Source: Podarcis melisellensis (Eukaryota). From it: DNA of 64,000 nt. Of the stretch, positions 10,589 to 23,645 are shown piece by piece. Numbering within the stretch: the stretch's first letter is position 1; the number at the start of each line of letters is the position of its first letter. Under the pieces are notes generated by a model. That model ran no database searches. It saw only the letters and a list, made by a program, of their open reading frames with translations, and was not told the origin of the DNA. A program made the translations under genes and the position numbers. The stretch is from the NCBI GenBank assembly GCA_964234715.1, contig OZ174280.1, one strand, 5' to 3'.

Positions 10589-13314
10589 CAGACCTTGGTT
10601 TATACACACGTGTTTGCTTCTGCCACACATTGTTTGCCCCTCCACCCCCTTCCCTCCTGGAATTTTGTTAGCAGCATGTAGCTAAATAATTGCAGGGTTT
10701 CATCCACATTCAGTTTGTAAGGCAGAAGCTGGTGGAATGGGCCTCAGCAGCCTTAAGAGTCATTTGATGGATGGCATTAAGCAGTTGCCAGGTAGAGGCT
10801 GCCAGCCGGCAGGATTCTGAAGCTTCTGCCTTGACAGATTCTTCCATCTTTTCTCTTGGACTAAATAGCTGGATTCTTTTAGTTCTGCGGATCTTCATTT
10901 CCTTGTTGGAAACATTTTTTAACAGAAAAAGTTCTCTTTCTCCTCCTTTCCAGACGTTCTGGCTCCAAGACCCTTGGTCTTCTTCCCTCGAAGGTAAAGC
11001 AGTAGTATTATTTTCATCTGTGGATCAGAAGTTTAGGCAAGAGGTGGGCAAACCTCAGGCTTGCCTGGTTTTCCTCTAACCCAAAGATCTACCAACCAGA
11101 GCCAGGTGCAACACTTAGAATTAGAAAACCCCAAAAATAGAAATTAGAAAAAACGAAATGAGGTGCTAGGAATTGGTTTTCAATACCAGAGCTGGACTGA
11201 TCCCATAGTCCTTTCACACAAAAGTCCATCCCTGATTCTCTTTCTTCATTTCAGCAGTGTAATTAAGATGGGAAAAGTCATTTTGTTATTCCTCCTGAGA
11301 GCTGGAAGTCCTTGTTGATCCACTGCAAATCGCCCAGACATCTACCAGTAGATCCCAATCTACCTTCTGACCACCCTACTGGAAATGGGATCAGCATCTT
11401 AACCCCAGGCTACAGTGCTGTAGTGAGACACTTGGGAGCAAGTCTTATTGAGCTCAGTGGGACCTCTGAGTAAACATGTATGGAATTGTGCTGCAAAAGT
11501 GCCTCAGGTGTGGATATTTTCTTGGATCTAAAAAACCCACATCATGAGCACTCGCTGCAAAGAATGCTCAGTGCAGAGACTGTTTCCCTTCCCACAGCAC
11601 CATTCTGCCGCAGCTTCACTATATTTCTAGTCCAGGCTTTGAGAGCTGCTGCTCTGGGCTCCTCTTCACTTTGTGCCATGCGCAGTAAAATCTGAAATAC
11701 AACTGAAGTGTCTCTAATCGAAACTGGATGGGGGTTGAGACACTTTCCCAAGGGAATTCTTCAGTGTGTGTGCAGGGGAGGCAGGTTTCCAGGGATAGTT
11801 ATAGCTCCTGGCATCTACTCAACCAGTGGATTCCTGCCATAGCTGAGATTAAAGCAGTTAATTATTGACAGTATTTGATTAAACTGGAGGGCTGGACAGA
11901 CCAATTGCATCCTGCTTTGAAAGTGAGAAGGGAGGGAGAAGCCTTTCTACTATGGTCTAGGCCAATACCCTGATTTTTCTCTCACCTGCTGCAGGGCAGG
12001 AAGCAGTGGTAGCTACCTGGTTTTACCTGGGCATTTCCTCTCCTTGTTTCTGGCAAGCAGCTGGTCTCCAGCGATCTTTGCTTTTGGTTTCATATGCTAG
12101 GAGGTGGAATGGATTGAACAGATGAGATGGGAGACATCCCCCCCCCCCACACCCATGGCATCTGTATGTGTGAGAGAGGGGAGACGTTGCATTCATTACT
12201 GCTTAATTGGGCATGGGAATTGATAGTCCTGAAATTGTATATCTTCTGGAGAAACAGCTTTATGCCATCTTGTACTCACCATGTCTTTGATTTGATAGTG
12301 GGTAGTCATTGCTATTGTTGTTATAATTATTTTGTGTTTTATTCCCCCCCCCCAACGTCATCTATGTGCTTAGCACTTTACAAAATTGCATAAGCAAAAA
12401 AAGAGAAAGGCCCCAGCTATATGTGTGTGGTTAGGGTGGTGTTGTACCTCTGTGTGTGCAGTGCTGTTACCTGGTGACTTGCCAGTTCAGCGCAGTATCA
12501 CAGAACACCTTCAGTTCCCAGTTGTGGTTGCCAGGTGGCTCCAGCCCTTTGGCTAACAACAGGATGGCCTGAGTTTCCTCCCCTGCTTCCTGACCAGGCA
12601 GCTCATTTGTTTTTCCTCCCCTCCCTTTGTTTCCCTTTGCTTGAGCCAAGCACTGGAGGGACAGAAACAAGGATCATCCTTCCTGCCGTTTTGTTTGCTC
12701 TGGGCTACCTGTTCCACTCTTATGAAGGATGCATCATTTTCAATGCCTCGCTTTTCATTGGCCCCTTCTGCGTGCTTTATTGAGCCTCATCAGTACCAAA
12801 ATGCTACCTTTGATTTCCCAGATGCAAACCCACTTTTTCTGCTGTAGTACAGCAAACTCCCTTCTATTTAGGCACACTGGAGGGATATGGATTTCATTCA
12901 CACTAGAGATGGATCTGGAACACAGAAGGACAAAACATTAGTAGAGGGATGATATAGCCATGTCCCGCTCGTAGAAGGATAAGAAAACCTTTACTATATT
13001 TTACTGTAGTATTTTGTCTGTGCAGGCAGAGCTTGCTGTGATTATCTTACAATGCTCATCCATTTATATCCTTTTGTATTCCTAAGAGTTAGTGGATCTT
13101 TTTATTAGTATCCTGTTCGATACACCTAGTATTAGAGATTCAAATATGCAAACCCAATCCTACAAGAGGAGAATGTGAACCTGTTCAGAATAGGTTGAAT
13201 AGGTTCCTAGACTGGACCACCTACCAGCCGCTCTGTCTTGTTGGGAATGAGTTTCAATTTAGCTGCCTGCATCCAGCACCCTGTTGCTTCTGAGCACCAT
13301 TCCATAGCTGATTC

Positions 13315-13478
13315 CAGTGCTTTTTTTCCTTAAAAATGTTTAGGGGTACTGTCATTTTGACTCAAGAAAATCACCATTTTATAGTTCAAATTGGGAAAAA
13401 TAAATACAGTAAATGGACAAAAGTACAAAGATTCGAAAAATGTTTAGGAGTATGCGTCCCCCCAGAAAAAAAGCACTG
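13315..13478. mobile_element. hAT-type MITE
   Basis: TIR CAGTGCTTTTTTT/AAAAAAAGCACTG; TSD GCTGATTC/GCTGAGTC (7/8); same family as 36084-36234 in opposite orientation. Confidence 0.8.
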
Positions 13479-13758
13479 GCTGAGTCAGTATCATCAGCAT
13501 TCCTTCACCAAACCCTTGAAATAATCTCCTCTATGGATCTTATGTAAACAAAAAATATGGGGGATGATATGGCACCATGTGGCACTCCACAGGCATCTCC
13601 TGCAAGGTGGGGCAGTAAACCCCCAGCACTGTTTTGTGCCATCTCACTACTGGGCAGGCCAAGCAGTGGCCCCAATATCCATCACTGACAGTTGGCTCAG
13701 AAGGAGACTATGATTGATAGATGTAAATGCAGCCAATAGGTTCAGGAGAAAGATTTGG

Positions 13759-13965
13759 GGCTATTCCACACTTCCACTCGCCCTGTGGCTAGAAAGCATG
13801 GGGCCAAGTGATTTCTCCCTTGCCCCTCTCCTTTCGCAGGGAGAACCATTCTTTAGCTCTAAATCGGAACAAACAGCAATCCACAGAAAACCCGATTACT
13901 GTTTGCTCCGATTGAGCGCTAAAGAGTGGTTTTCCCCAGGGGAAAGAGGAAGTGTGGATAAACCC
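13759..13965. mobile_element. Palindromic MITE (TCCACAC-type ends, possibly PIF/Harbinger)
   Basis: tccacacttcc...ggaagtgtgga ends; internal inverted arms ~13838-13880 and ~13894-13937. Confidence 0.65.
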
Positions 13966-16672
13966 TTACTCTATCCACCCAGTAAAAATTTATGCAGATG
14001 CATGGCCAAGGCCATTTCTGATCCACAGGTGGGTCTGTAACTTGACTTGACTTTAAAAGCAAATCTTTCAGGACAAGTTAAGAAGGTTCTAGCCATAAAT
14101 GGGGAAATCATGCCTAGATCTTTCTTCTTGGCAGAGAAGCTCTGAGAGAAAACCTCTGCTCCTCACCTCAGTGTCCTGTTAATGACTCTGACCTTTTGCA
14201 GAGGGTAGGGGGCCCTCTGCTCCTCTAGCAGGAGGAGTTTCATTAATGAGATGGCAGTTGGATAATGGAAGCAGGTCACAACATCAGGAATTGTGGAGCG
14301 AGGAGGGTCTTTAAAGGGATGGGAGGAGTGGGAGACGATATCTGCTCGCAGACATAATTTACTGCACTGTTACATTCAGCCCAGTGCGGTTGCAAATAGT
14401 AAATACTGACTGCAATAATTAGAAAGGACTTCTTGGATAATTTGGCGTATTTTGATTTTTTAATGCTGGTTTTCTGAGAGTTGCTTCATGCTGCGCTACG
14501 ACTAAAGGTGGGCCCCCACATTTCTGCCTATTAGCATTTCTCGAATATTCCTCTCAGAAAGATGGTGCCACATTTTTAATAATTTTAGACAAGTATTCAT
14601 TTGTGTAAAAATATGTCGCACCATGCTCCTGAGAGGAATGGCTGCCTGGGGCATCTGGGAACTCGCTTCAAAATAAATTCTGCTCTGCTTTTTGGGCAAA
14701 GCCCTTTTTCCTGGATGTTTTTGGATATTTGGTGACCTTCCAGTGCCTACAGAAGAATCCCAGGGTAAAAGCTTGTTTGTCACCTTCCCTGTTTGGAACA
14801 GGTGAAGTGCCTCTGAGGGTAGAAGCTGATGCGAAATCTCCCTTGTAAGATCAGGTACAACATTATGTGTGACATTACATCATTGCTTTCTCTCTTTCCA
14901 CTACCAGCAGCTGACGATGAAGCACAAAAGTGTGATGGGATCACATCACACATCATATTTGGTCCTGGTCTGCACATGCAGCCAAATGAGGTGATAATGA
15001 GCTGGAGGAGTCCTGAGGTGGTGGAACAGACTTGAGGGAGTCCTGACATTTTTGAGTGCTTTCCTTGAAAAAATAAAATAACTTATCAGGGATGGTATAG
15101 TAGTGGTTTTCCACTATTGGCAGGGGATTCGAAGCTTTGGTTTTTATTTGCAAGAAACTTGGTACATGGGGAAACAATTCAATATTACAAGGTCTCCCCC
15201 CCCCCCCAATGGCAGTCTGAAGTAGAACAGTTGACTCTATTACCTCAGGAAAAACCATCTGATTCTGCTTCATTCTCTCGCAAAAAGAGAGCTTTTTGGT
15301 GGTGGTTCTCCCACAGATGGGATGCTTTCTGTTGGGAAGCCTGGCTGGCACCCACATTGTTGTCTTTTGGCACAAAGCTAAGGCTTTTCTGTTCTCCTGG
15401 GTCTTTTAAGATCTGGATTTACATCCTTACAGTATGGATGGTGGTTTTAGTGTATTTATTTGTTGGCTGTTTTAGTTCTGTCTTGTATAGTATATCCTAT
15501 CATGCTGGTTTTGTATATTTATATACAGTACATACTGGCTGGTTTTATATTTGTATTTCCCCCCTCTGGTTGTGTCTGTGGTTTTATTGTAGTATGTTTT
15601 TATTGTGTTTCCTTTTTATGCTATGTGACACCTAGATAATTTATTTTATGAGGCATCTCATAAACATAAGAAATAAATGAAACAGACAGTGGCATTGTAA
15701 CTGGACATCCTCTGTAAGAGGGGAGAAAGAAATATGCAAACTCCATGAGTCTCTTTGAAATGTTGTTTCTGCCCTAAGAATCTAGACTGTTTTTTTATTA
15801 TATTTACATTCTGCTTTTCTTCCATGATAAAACCCAAGATGGCATACATGCGATTTGGCCATGCCTGAAATGCCCCTGAATGTAGCTAACAGGTGCCTGA
15901 TCTGACACTGGTAGTTATCAGGTAGTGAGAGCTAGAAAGGAAAATGCAGGCACTCCTGGAATTCCTTAAGGGGCTCAAAATATTCCTCCAGGCCGCTGTT
16001 CAGGTGAATGTAATGGACAGCTGAAAGGAGACGGCTTTTCAAATATCCTGATCTTGATCTCTTTAAGGCTTTACTGGTGTTTTTTAAAAACAAACAAACA
16101 AACAAACACAACAACCCGTAGCGCATTAGGTTGCACCCAGAAATAAACAGACTATAAACCAGTGTAGAAAAAACGAAATTGGATCATAGAAACATAAATT
16201 GGATCATAGAAACATAAAGTTGGGAGGGTCCTCAAAGCCTCCCCCTATGCAGCACCCCATGGCCTCCAGGGGGATGGGAGACACCCCCCCCCCAAACAGT
16301 GTGCTGTGGAAGGAGAAATTGCAAAAATGCTTTCATTGAGAACAGAGCAGTCTCCTTAGCGCTATGTTGAAGTCCACCCTTGGTCTCCAGTGGCCATCCA
16401 GACATTGGTCTCTTCCTCTTCCTTGCTGATGAGGGTAGAGCCAATTCCTTGATGGACCAGAGTTGCCAGGTTGAAGCCATGAGACTTATCCTATGCAGAA
16501 GGAGCAGAGCAGTCTGTGTTGTGCTCTTTGTTTTGGCAATGGTGAGTGCCAGAACTCCTCTGTCTCCACTCCTGTCACATGACACGAACTGGTTTCTCTG
16601 CTTGAACCCTCTGCACCTTCCTCTGTGCTGAACAAGCAGCATTAACTCTTTCCTCTTCTCGCTTTCCTACAG

Positions 16673-17317
16673 ATGGGATCCACAGTGTGGCAGCCCAGTG
16701 CACTCTCCAGGTGACCATCATCACCGACGAGATGCTGACCAACAGCATCACTCTGCGGTTGGAAAACATGTCCCAGGAGCGCTTCCTCTCCCCGCTGCTG
16801 GCCCTCTTCCTGGAAGGGGTGGCGGCCGTGCTGTCTGCTTCCCGCGACCACGTCGTCCTTTTCAACATCCAGAATGACACGGATGTGCAGGCTACCCAAA
16901 TCCTTAATGTCAGCCTCTCCGTGCTGCTGCCGGACGGGGCCCACGGCGGGCGCTACATCCCCTCCGAGGACCTGCAGGAGCGGCTGTACCTCAACCGCAC
17001 ACTCCTGGCCGCCATCTCGGAGCAACGAGTCCTGCCCTTTGACGACAACATTTGCCTGCGGGAGCCCTGCGAGAATTACATGCGCTGCGTCTCGGTGCTA
17101 AAGTTTGACAGCTCGGCGCCCTTTATTGCCTCTGACACCATTCTTTTCCGTCCCATCCACCCAGTCAACGGCCTTCGCTGCCGCTGCCCGCTTGGTTTCA
17201 CCGGCGACTACTGTGAGACCGAGATTGACCTCTGCTATTCCAACCCCTGTGGTAGCAACGGGCACTGCCGGAGCCGCGAGGGAGGATATACCTGCGAGTG
17301 CCAAGAGGGCTACACAG
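16673..17317 (+). CDS. CELSR2: CELSR2 exon 2 (end of last cadherin repeat, membrane-proximal/flamingo region, EGF1 and most of EGF2); 645 nt, phase 1-1
   Basis: Polypyrimidine tract + tacAG acceptor at 16671-72; translates (D)GIHSVAAQCTLQVTIITDEMLTNSITLRLE...EDLQERLYLNR...LPFDDNICLREPCENYMRCVSVL...CECQEGYT(G); donor G/GTGAGT at 17318. Matches recalled CELSR2 sequence. Confidence 0.96.
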
Positions 17318-17513
17318 GTGAGTGTTGGCTGTACTTTTCTCATGCAGTATAAACAATCCGTCCCATCACACAATTTATTGCTTCCTTCTCTCTTTCACCT
17401 TCTGGTTTTTCCTTCTGTTCTCTGCTTATTTATTTATTTTCTTTCTTTTTTGTGTATGCAATCACTGTTCGAATTAGGAAAAAAAGAGAAAAAGAAAGAT
17501 CAATACCACAGTA

Positions 17514-17773
17514 CAGTGGTACCTCTGGATGTGAATGGGATCCGTTCCGGAGCCCCGTTTGCATCCTGAAGCGAACGCAACCTGCGTCCGTGCGTCTGAG
17601 TGTGCACAGGTCACGATTCACTGTTTCCACGCATCCGCGTGACATCATTTTGAGCGTCTGCGCATGCATGAGTGGCGAAACCCGGAAATAACACGCTCCA
17701 TTACTTCCGGGTCGCCACGGAGCACAACCCAAAAATATTCATCCCGAAGCTACTTCAACCCAAAGTATGACTG
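17514..17773. mobile_element. Tc1/mariner-pogo (Tigger-like) MITE
   Basis: TA|CAGTGGTACCTC ... GTATGACTG|TA; TA target duplication. Confidence 0.8.
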
Positions 17774-19174
17774 TAACTTAAATTCTGCTCTTAGAAAACC
17801 TGGATTTTCCAGACTGTTTCAGTTTAGTAAATTGAGTCCTGCTGCACCTCTTTAATAGCATTGCGTAGCTTATTCTATTCCTCTTAAGTGCTAGGGGCTG
17901 GGTTCACACTCCTGTTTACTGAGCACTCACTGCTTTCCAGGTTTTTAATGTGTGTTCATACGACCCATGTTATTCAAAATGCTTTTTTATCCCGCACTTT
18001 GTTATAAGTTATTCCTGTTTGATGCCAGCTTCATACTGATAGGAGTCCTTGAGATGCTTTAATTAGACTTTAGGCAAGGTGAGAAAACGTTTGCATAGGG
18101 AAAAGACATCCCTGGCCTGTTGATGGCGTGCCGACACCTGTGTAGCGTACACAAACAGGAACGAATTTGAAAGAGCTGTGTGAAACATACCAGAAAATGA
18201 AACAGAAACCCAACTTCTAAGGCAGTTATGGGAGCGCTCCCTTCATCTCCTGGCCACTATTGATGCCACTCAACCTCAACTCACCTGACTTCTAAGATCT
18301 CACCAGGTATTGGACCTAAGTTTTCAAACCTGCCTTTGCAGCTCTAACACCCAAGTAGAGATGCTGACTTCTGCCTTCCGAATTGTGTGTGTTTATGTGG
18401 AATGGTAGAACTCAAAGAAATCTCCCTTTGCTTTTCTCTCTTTATATGCCTTGATTCTTGTGGAGTCCATTGCCTTACTGCACTTTGCTTGGGAGCAGAT
18501 ATGTTTCTCCGAAGGGCAGTTAATGAGGGATGCGAAAGTGATACCCACGCTATTTGTTGTCTGGAGCTGGGCTATATTAGGAACACATTTTGGGGGTGGG
18601 GAGGGCAGCAAGTTTCCCTGAGATGGTTCTCTGCTTTAGATCACAGGAAGATGACCTCTCCGTGATGGCGTAATGCTAGCTGGGATGGACCTTTTCTTTT
18701 CTGGGGCCGGCCTGCTTAACATAGTGGGGGCCTGCCTTGGCCCCGGGGTGTCGCTCCTATTTGCATTCCTGCTGCTCTGTTGTGTTTGTGATACAACAGA
18801 TGCAGCGGCCGGGATATGAATGGCCCCTTGTTTGTGCCCCAGTTCAGCCGGATTTCTTTGCACAAAGGGCTGGACAATGGCAGGCTGGCTACAGATTCCC
18901 CGATAGCTTTCCCAGTACGGACAATGAGCAGTTCTCCTCTCCTGACCCCTTGCATATTGCTGAGAGATAAAAGCAATAGGAAACGAGTCTTGTGTGGCTG
19001 TGCATGTGTTTGCCTGTCTGTGTGTGCCTCTCAGTCACTTGGCTGGCATGCTTGGTATGCTCAAAACTTGTGATTCCCATTACCTATTGGTGTAGCAGCT
19101 TCTCCCAGTTAAATAGTCTGTTTAAGAAATGGGCCTTCCTGCCTCCAGTCTATAATGTATCTCAGTCTATAATA

Positions 19175-19415
19175 TAGTGGTACCTCAGGTTAAGTACTTA
19201 ATTCGTTCTGGAGGTCCGTTCTTAACCTGAAACTGTTCTTAACCTGAAGCACCGCATTAGCTAATGGGGCCTCCTGCTGTTGCTGTGCCACCGCTGCACG
19301 ATTTCTGTTCTCATCCTGAAGCAAAGTTCTTAACTGAAGCACTATTTCTGGGTTAGCAGAGTCTGTAACCTGAAGCATATGTAACCTGAAGTGTATGTAA
19401 CCCGAGGTACCACTG
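19175..19415. mobile_element. Tc1/mariner-pogo (Tigger-like) MITE
   Basis: TA|(T)AGTGGTACCTC ... GAGGTACCACTG|TA; near-identical to 35695-35909. Confidence 0.85.
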
Positions 19416-19925
19416 TATTCAATACCAGATGCCTGAGGGGCACTGCAGGGCACCACAACTATGATTTAGAATGGAGCGTGAGAAGCAGTGGGTGGGCATC
19501 TAATTTTGGCATTGCACAGGGTTCCGCTGAAATTGGAGACTCCAAGGTCTGCCACTGATGCCGTGAAGGCAGAAAGGGGGAAGAGAGCATCTTTTTACAT
19601 GGCTCCCCATAGCAGGAGCCTTAGAGGTCTGAGGGCAAAGCCTAGCTGAAAATATTGGAGACAGGGAGGTGCATTGTCCTGGGTCTGTTGCTGCAAGCGG
19701 TGATCCAGGAAAGGGGTTTCTGGTACTATAGGTGCCCCCTCCCACGTCACAAAGAGGACGTCTGTGTGACTTTGATGGCCTGCTGCCTGCCATTGGGTTA
19801 TCCCAAGGATATGAACACAGCCTAGTACCAATGTCAAGTACCAATGTCAAGTGATCAGCTTGGTTCTGTGCCGTGGTATGTTTATTTTGCAAGTCAAACG
19901 GGAAGGACTTGGTTCACAACTTGCA

Positions 19926-19926
<1 letters not shown>

Positions 19927-19960
<34 letters not shown>
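19927..19960. repeat. (GT)n microsatellite
   Basis: Visible dinucleotide run. Confidence 0.95.
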
Positions 19961-22900
19961 GTTGTTGCACCCACAACTATGAAGAATTCAGCAGAAAGGG
20001 AAGGAGAGTTACTGCTGCGAGGTTGGCTAGGTCCCCAGCACCAATAGAAACCCCAGCTTTGGCGCCAATCCTCTGCATGATGTGTGTCTAAAAATCCCAT
20101 GTCCACCTCCTTGTCTGTGCTAATCGCCTAGAGTGAAATCTTCTCCCACGCCTGCTCCTACAGATCATCTGGCCCACCCACTCAAATTGCTTGGCCTTCC
20201 CTGGGATCCTTGCAGGCTTCTTCTCAGAGTCTCTGTCCAGTCATCTCAGGTCTCGCATCATTTCTCTGGGATGATCTGATCCGCTTTTTTTGAAAGGCCT
20301 CCAAATTCTGTGCCACCCTTTGCCTTGACTGGGATTTGGGCCTGACCATCTGCTTAGCGGTTCTCACCACTGGGGGGAAGTGAAGCTTGCCTGCTGTCCA
20401 TTACTTTTTCCACCTTCACGTTCCAGGATACAAGGAAACATGTGTTTTGTTTACTGTTGATTATTAACTTGTTCTGTTTATTTAAACCACCTCTAGGAAT
20501 TGGAATCCTTCAATTAAATAAATGCGCTATCCCACCCTAACAGCAAGGTAGATGGGCTGGTTGGGGCGGGGTGAGGGGCAGATCTGGAATGTTGACTTTG
20601 AATAACAAGGCTGAGAAACTTATATGGGCAGAATTCACCTAAAGAGCCACTGCAGCAGAAACACCTCACAAGCACTCCTGCTTGCACAATGCCCCCTGTC
20701 CCGCTTGCACCCCCAAAATTGGCTTGAGGGGAGGGGTCAGAAGAAACCCCAGAGCATCATTCATGGAGGAGAGGGGGGGTCATTCTGTCTAGAAAGCATA
20801 GGTTCTTGTGCAGACGGAACATTAATCATAGTGCGATGCTGAATTCCATCCTTAATCTCGATTATGGAAATAAATCTTAGATGAATTAATGTAGTGGTAT
20901 TACTAAATATGCAACAAAGCATAAATAAAATAAATACAGATGATATATATATCATTCCCTCACATTCAAAGACAGACGTAGCTTTTGCATCTGGCATAAG
21001 GATGAGCTGCTTAAACTCTTTTGTTCTGAATGCAGCCGAGTCCACTTGCCCCCAGCTATGATACAGTGTTGGAAAAATCTTTCTTTTATTATTGTTGTTG
21101 CTTTGTATACCTGCGCCTGGTGAAATGTTTGCATTTCTTTTTCAACAGTTAGAGTTGATGCATTAAAGTATGCCCTCTAGATCATGTCTTTATCTCTTGC
21201 TCTCTTGACACCTACACAGCAGCAGTTGTCTGCGTAAAACTAGGCACGGTACGCTGTCATCAACTTCCCCCAATCTTGGTTCCAAAAACCAAAACCAACC
21301 AGAGAAGCTGAAAACAGTAGTGGTGGTGGCCTGTTTGACCCTTTCCTTTCTGTCCATTCTCTTGTTTGAAATCTCACCCTGGCTGCTTTTCTCCCCATAA
21401 GCGAAAAGTTATAAGCACCTGTATACTATCCCCCATGGGATGAAAAGTATCAGATAAGTTAACCAGGAGTTATTAGTAGCACGAAAGGATAGTACCTGGT
21501 GTGACTAGAGGACTGAGTCCCTGTTAACATCCCACTGAGCAATATATTCCACAGAATGCCATTGCAACTAATGTTAACCAGAACTCACTTTTAGGTCCCC
21601 AGGGTCTTAATAGCAGCCAGCTGCTGCCCTCATTCTATTTGAGTCTTCCCCAAACTGGTGTCATCCAGATGTTTCTGACTACAACCCACCTCCAGCCCCA
21701 GCCAACATGGCTGGCTGGCAGCATCTGCAGGGTACCAGGTTGGGGCAGGTTTCTCTATTTATTGTGGAGAATCATTATGCAAAAATAGTTGTAGTATTAG
21801 CCACACTGAAAATGCATGTAACGTAATAGAATCCAGTGTTATTGCCCATGCTGATCAGAGCAACAGGGCATGACCCCTGCTTCCTGTGTTACAAACCAAA
21901 GCTCCTCAACCCATTTCCTTTTGTCCCTGAGCAGTGGTGGCTGGTAGTCCCTGGACCTGGTTAGGGAGCCTATGGCCAAAGGGGCTAATAAGGTCACATG
22001 GTCAGGGCCAAGTTGTTCTGGTTTTCTTTCCAATCTCCCTTGCATAAGCATTGCAGTTTTGTAAGTGCTCAGTTAACTAAACTGAAAAGTGTCTCACCTT
22101 GGTTTATAAGGGGTCTCTGCCATCACAATTGCTAGCGTGGATTAATGTCACAATAACCATGCGTTACTTAGAAGTAATCCCCAATAATTTACATGGCGAT
22201 AGCTTCCAGCTTGGTTTGGAGCCGGAATTGTTTATGTAGTCTTAAATGCCACACAGTTAACAAGGTCTCCCCTCCCCCCCAACTTTCAGCCCTATGGAAA
22301 AAGATTCGCCCCACCCCACCTTTTCCCACTTCTTTTCCTTCTTTCCAGAATGTGGAGGGATCTTGAACGGACTAGGATGCAGGAGACCAGGGTTAAAATT
22401 GGCGCTCCTCTGTGAAGCTCCCTGGGTGACCTTAGGCTATTCACTGTCATCCCATGTCTGAAGTTTGTGAGGATAAAAATGTGTAAGAGGAGAATCATGA
22501 AGGGCCACCATAGGTGGGACAGAACCAAAGTGTTCTATTTGGAGGAGATATGTACCCAAAGAATTTAGAAGAAATTACAAGCTGGACACCAACAATTAAA
22601 GTGTTGCCTTGTCATAAACCATTGGTCCGTCTAACTCAGTGTTGTCTGCACTGACTGGCAGGGGCTCTTCAGGACTCAGGCAGGGTTCTCTCCCAGCCCT
22701 ACCTGGACAGCCTGGGACCTTCTGCATGCACAGCAGATGCCCCACCACTGAGCCTTTCCTCTAAAAGCCAGCATGACATCAAGGGCCCAGGGAGATGGGC
22801 TCTCCATAGAGAGGCTAGTTAAATTCTTTCCCAAAAGAATCTCTTGTTCCTGAAGGGTCTCCAGGAAAGGCAAATTCCCTTGTCCATGAAACACCCAGTA

Positions 22901-23567
22901 GGGGTGATGTTTCTCTGCCCAATGTGTATGAAGGACCCTGAATAGATTGGCCGGGCAGAGAGGGAACTGGGATTCTCATTGGATGGCTGCACGCCCCCAA
23001 CCACCATTCCCTGATGTTGCTCTTTCTTTCTGCTGTGGTTGTTCCTTGCATTGATGCTGACTCTCCCTCTGCAGGTGGAGGGGGGAGAGGGAGGCAGACA
23101 GCGTTGGGGGGGGAGGGGGAACAGGGGCTTTGTCTGCTCAAGATTGGGGAGGGGCGCTGTGGGAGAAGGTTGGTTTCCTTGGCAACCAAAGCTGGTCACT
23201 AGGGTGAGGGAACCAGAAAGAGGCTGGGAATAAATCTTCTATTCAGAAAACCCTTACAGGGTTGGAGATTGGGGGGGGGGGAGAGGAGATGCTTGTCAAG
23301 GGTGTGAGGAAGGGGCTAGGGGAGTAGGGGGAGGGGCAGAGCAGAGAAAGGAAAAGCTTTGATTAGAGAATGGGATGCAACAGAAGAATGAGCCCTATGA
23401 AAGGGAAGGAAGTGTAGTCATGCCTTTACTCTGGAGGCTTTTGGAGTGGGTGGGGTTTGGGGGAGGTACAGTGAAGTTAAAATGTCCTGTACCGATTGTA
23501 CCTCGGACAGTCCCAGCACTTTCTATGACAAGCAATGATGCAACACAGAGTTTCCAAAACCTTGTAG

Positions 23568-23645
23568 TATTATTATTATTTTTTTACTTGTACCCTGCCC
23601 ATCTGGCTGGGCTGCCCCAGCCACTCTGGGAGGCTTCCAGCAGAG
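23568..23645 (-). mobile_element. L2 3' tail fragment
   Basis: (TAT)n followed by ccctgcccatctggctgggctgccccagccactctgggaggct, a squamate L2 terminal motif. Confidence 0.6.

Larger units (their letters stand above)
1..16672 (+). other. CELSR2: CELSR2 intron 1 (partial, >16.6 kb)
   Basis: No cadherin-repeat ORF upstream of exon 2. The large cadherin-coding exon 1 of CELSR genes must lie 5' of the window. Confidence 0.85.

Noticed and set aside
9579-10628. 349-aa host gene on the minus strand
   Set aside because: L1 ORF2 fragment bounded by a TSD; the start codon is a non-ATG codon in flanking DNA.
15117-15635. Hydrophobic 172-aa ORF resembling a membrane protein
   Set aside because: Arises from T-rich low-complexity intron sequence; no motif and a non-ATG start.
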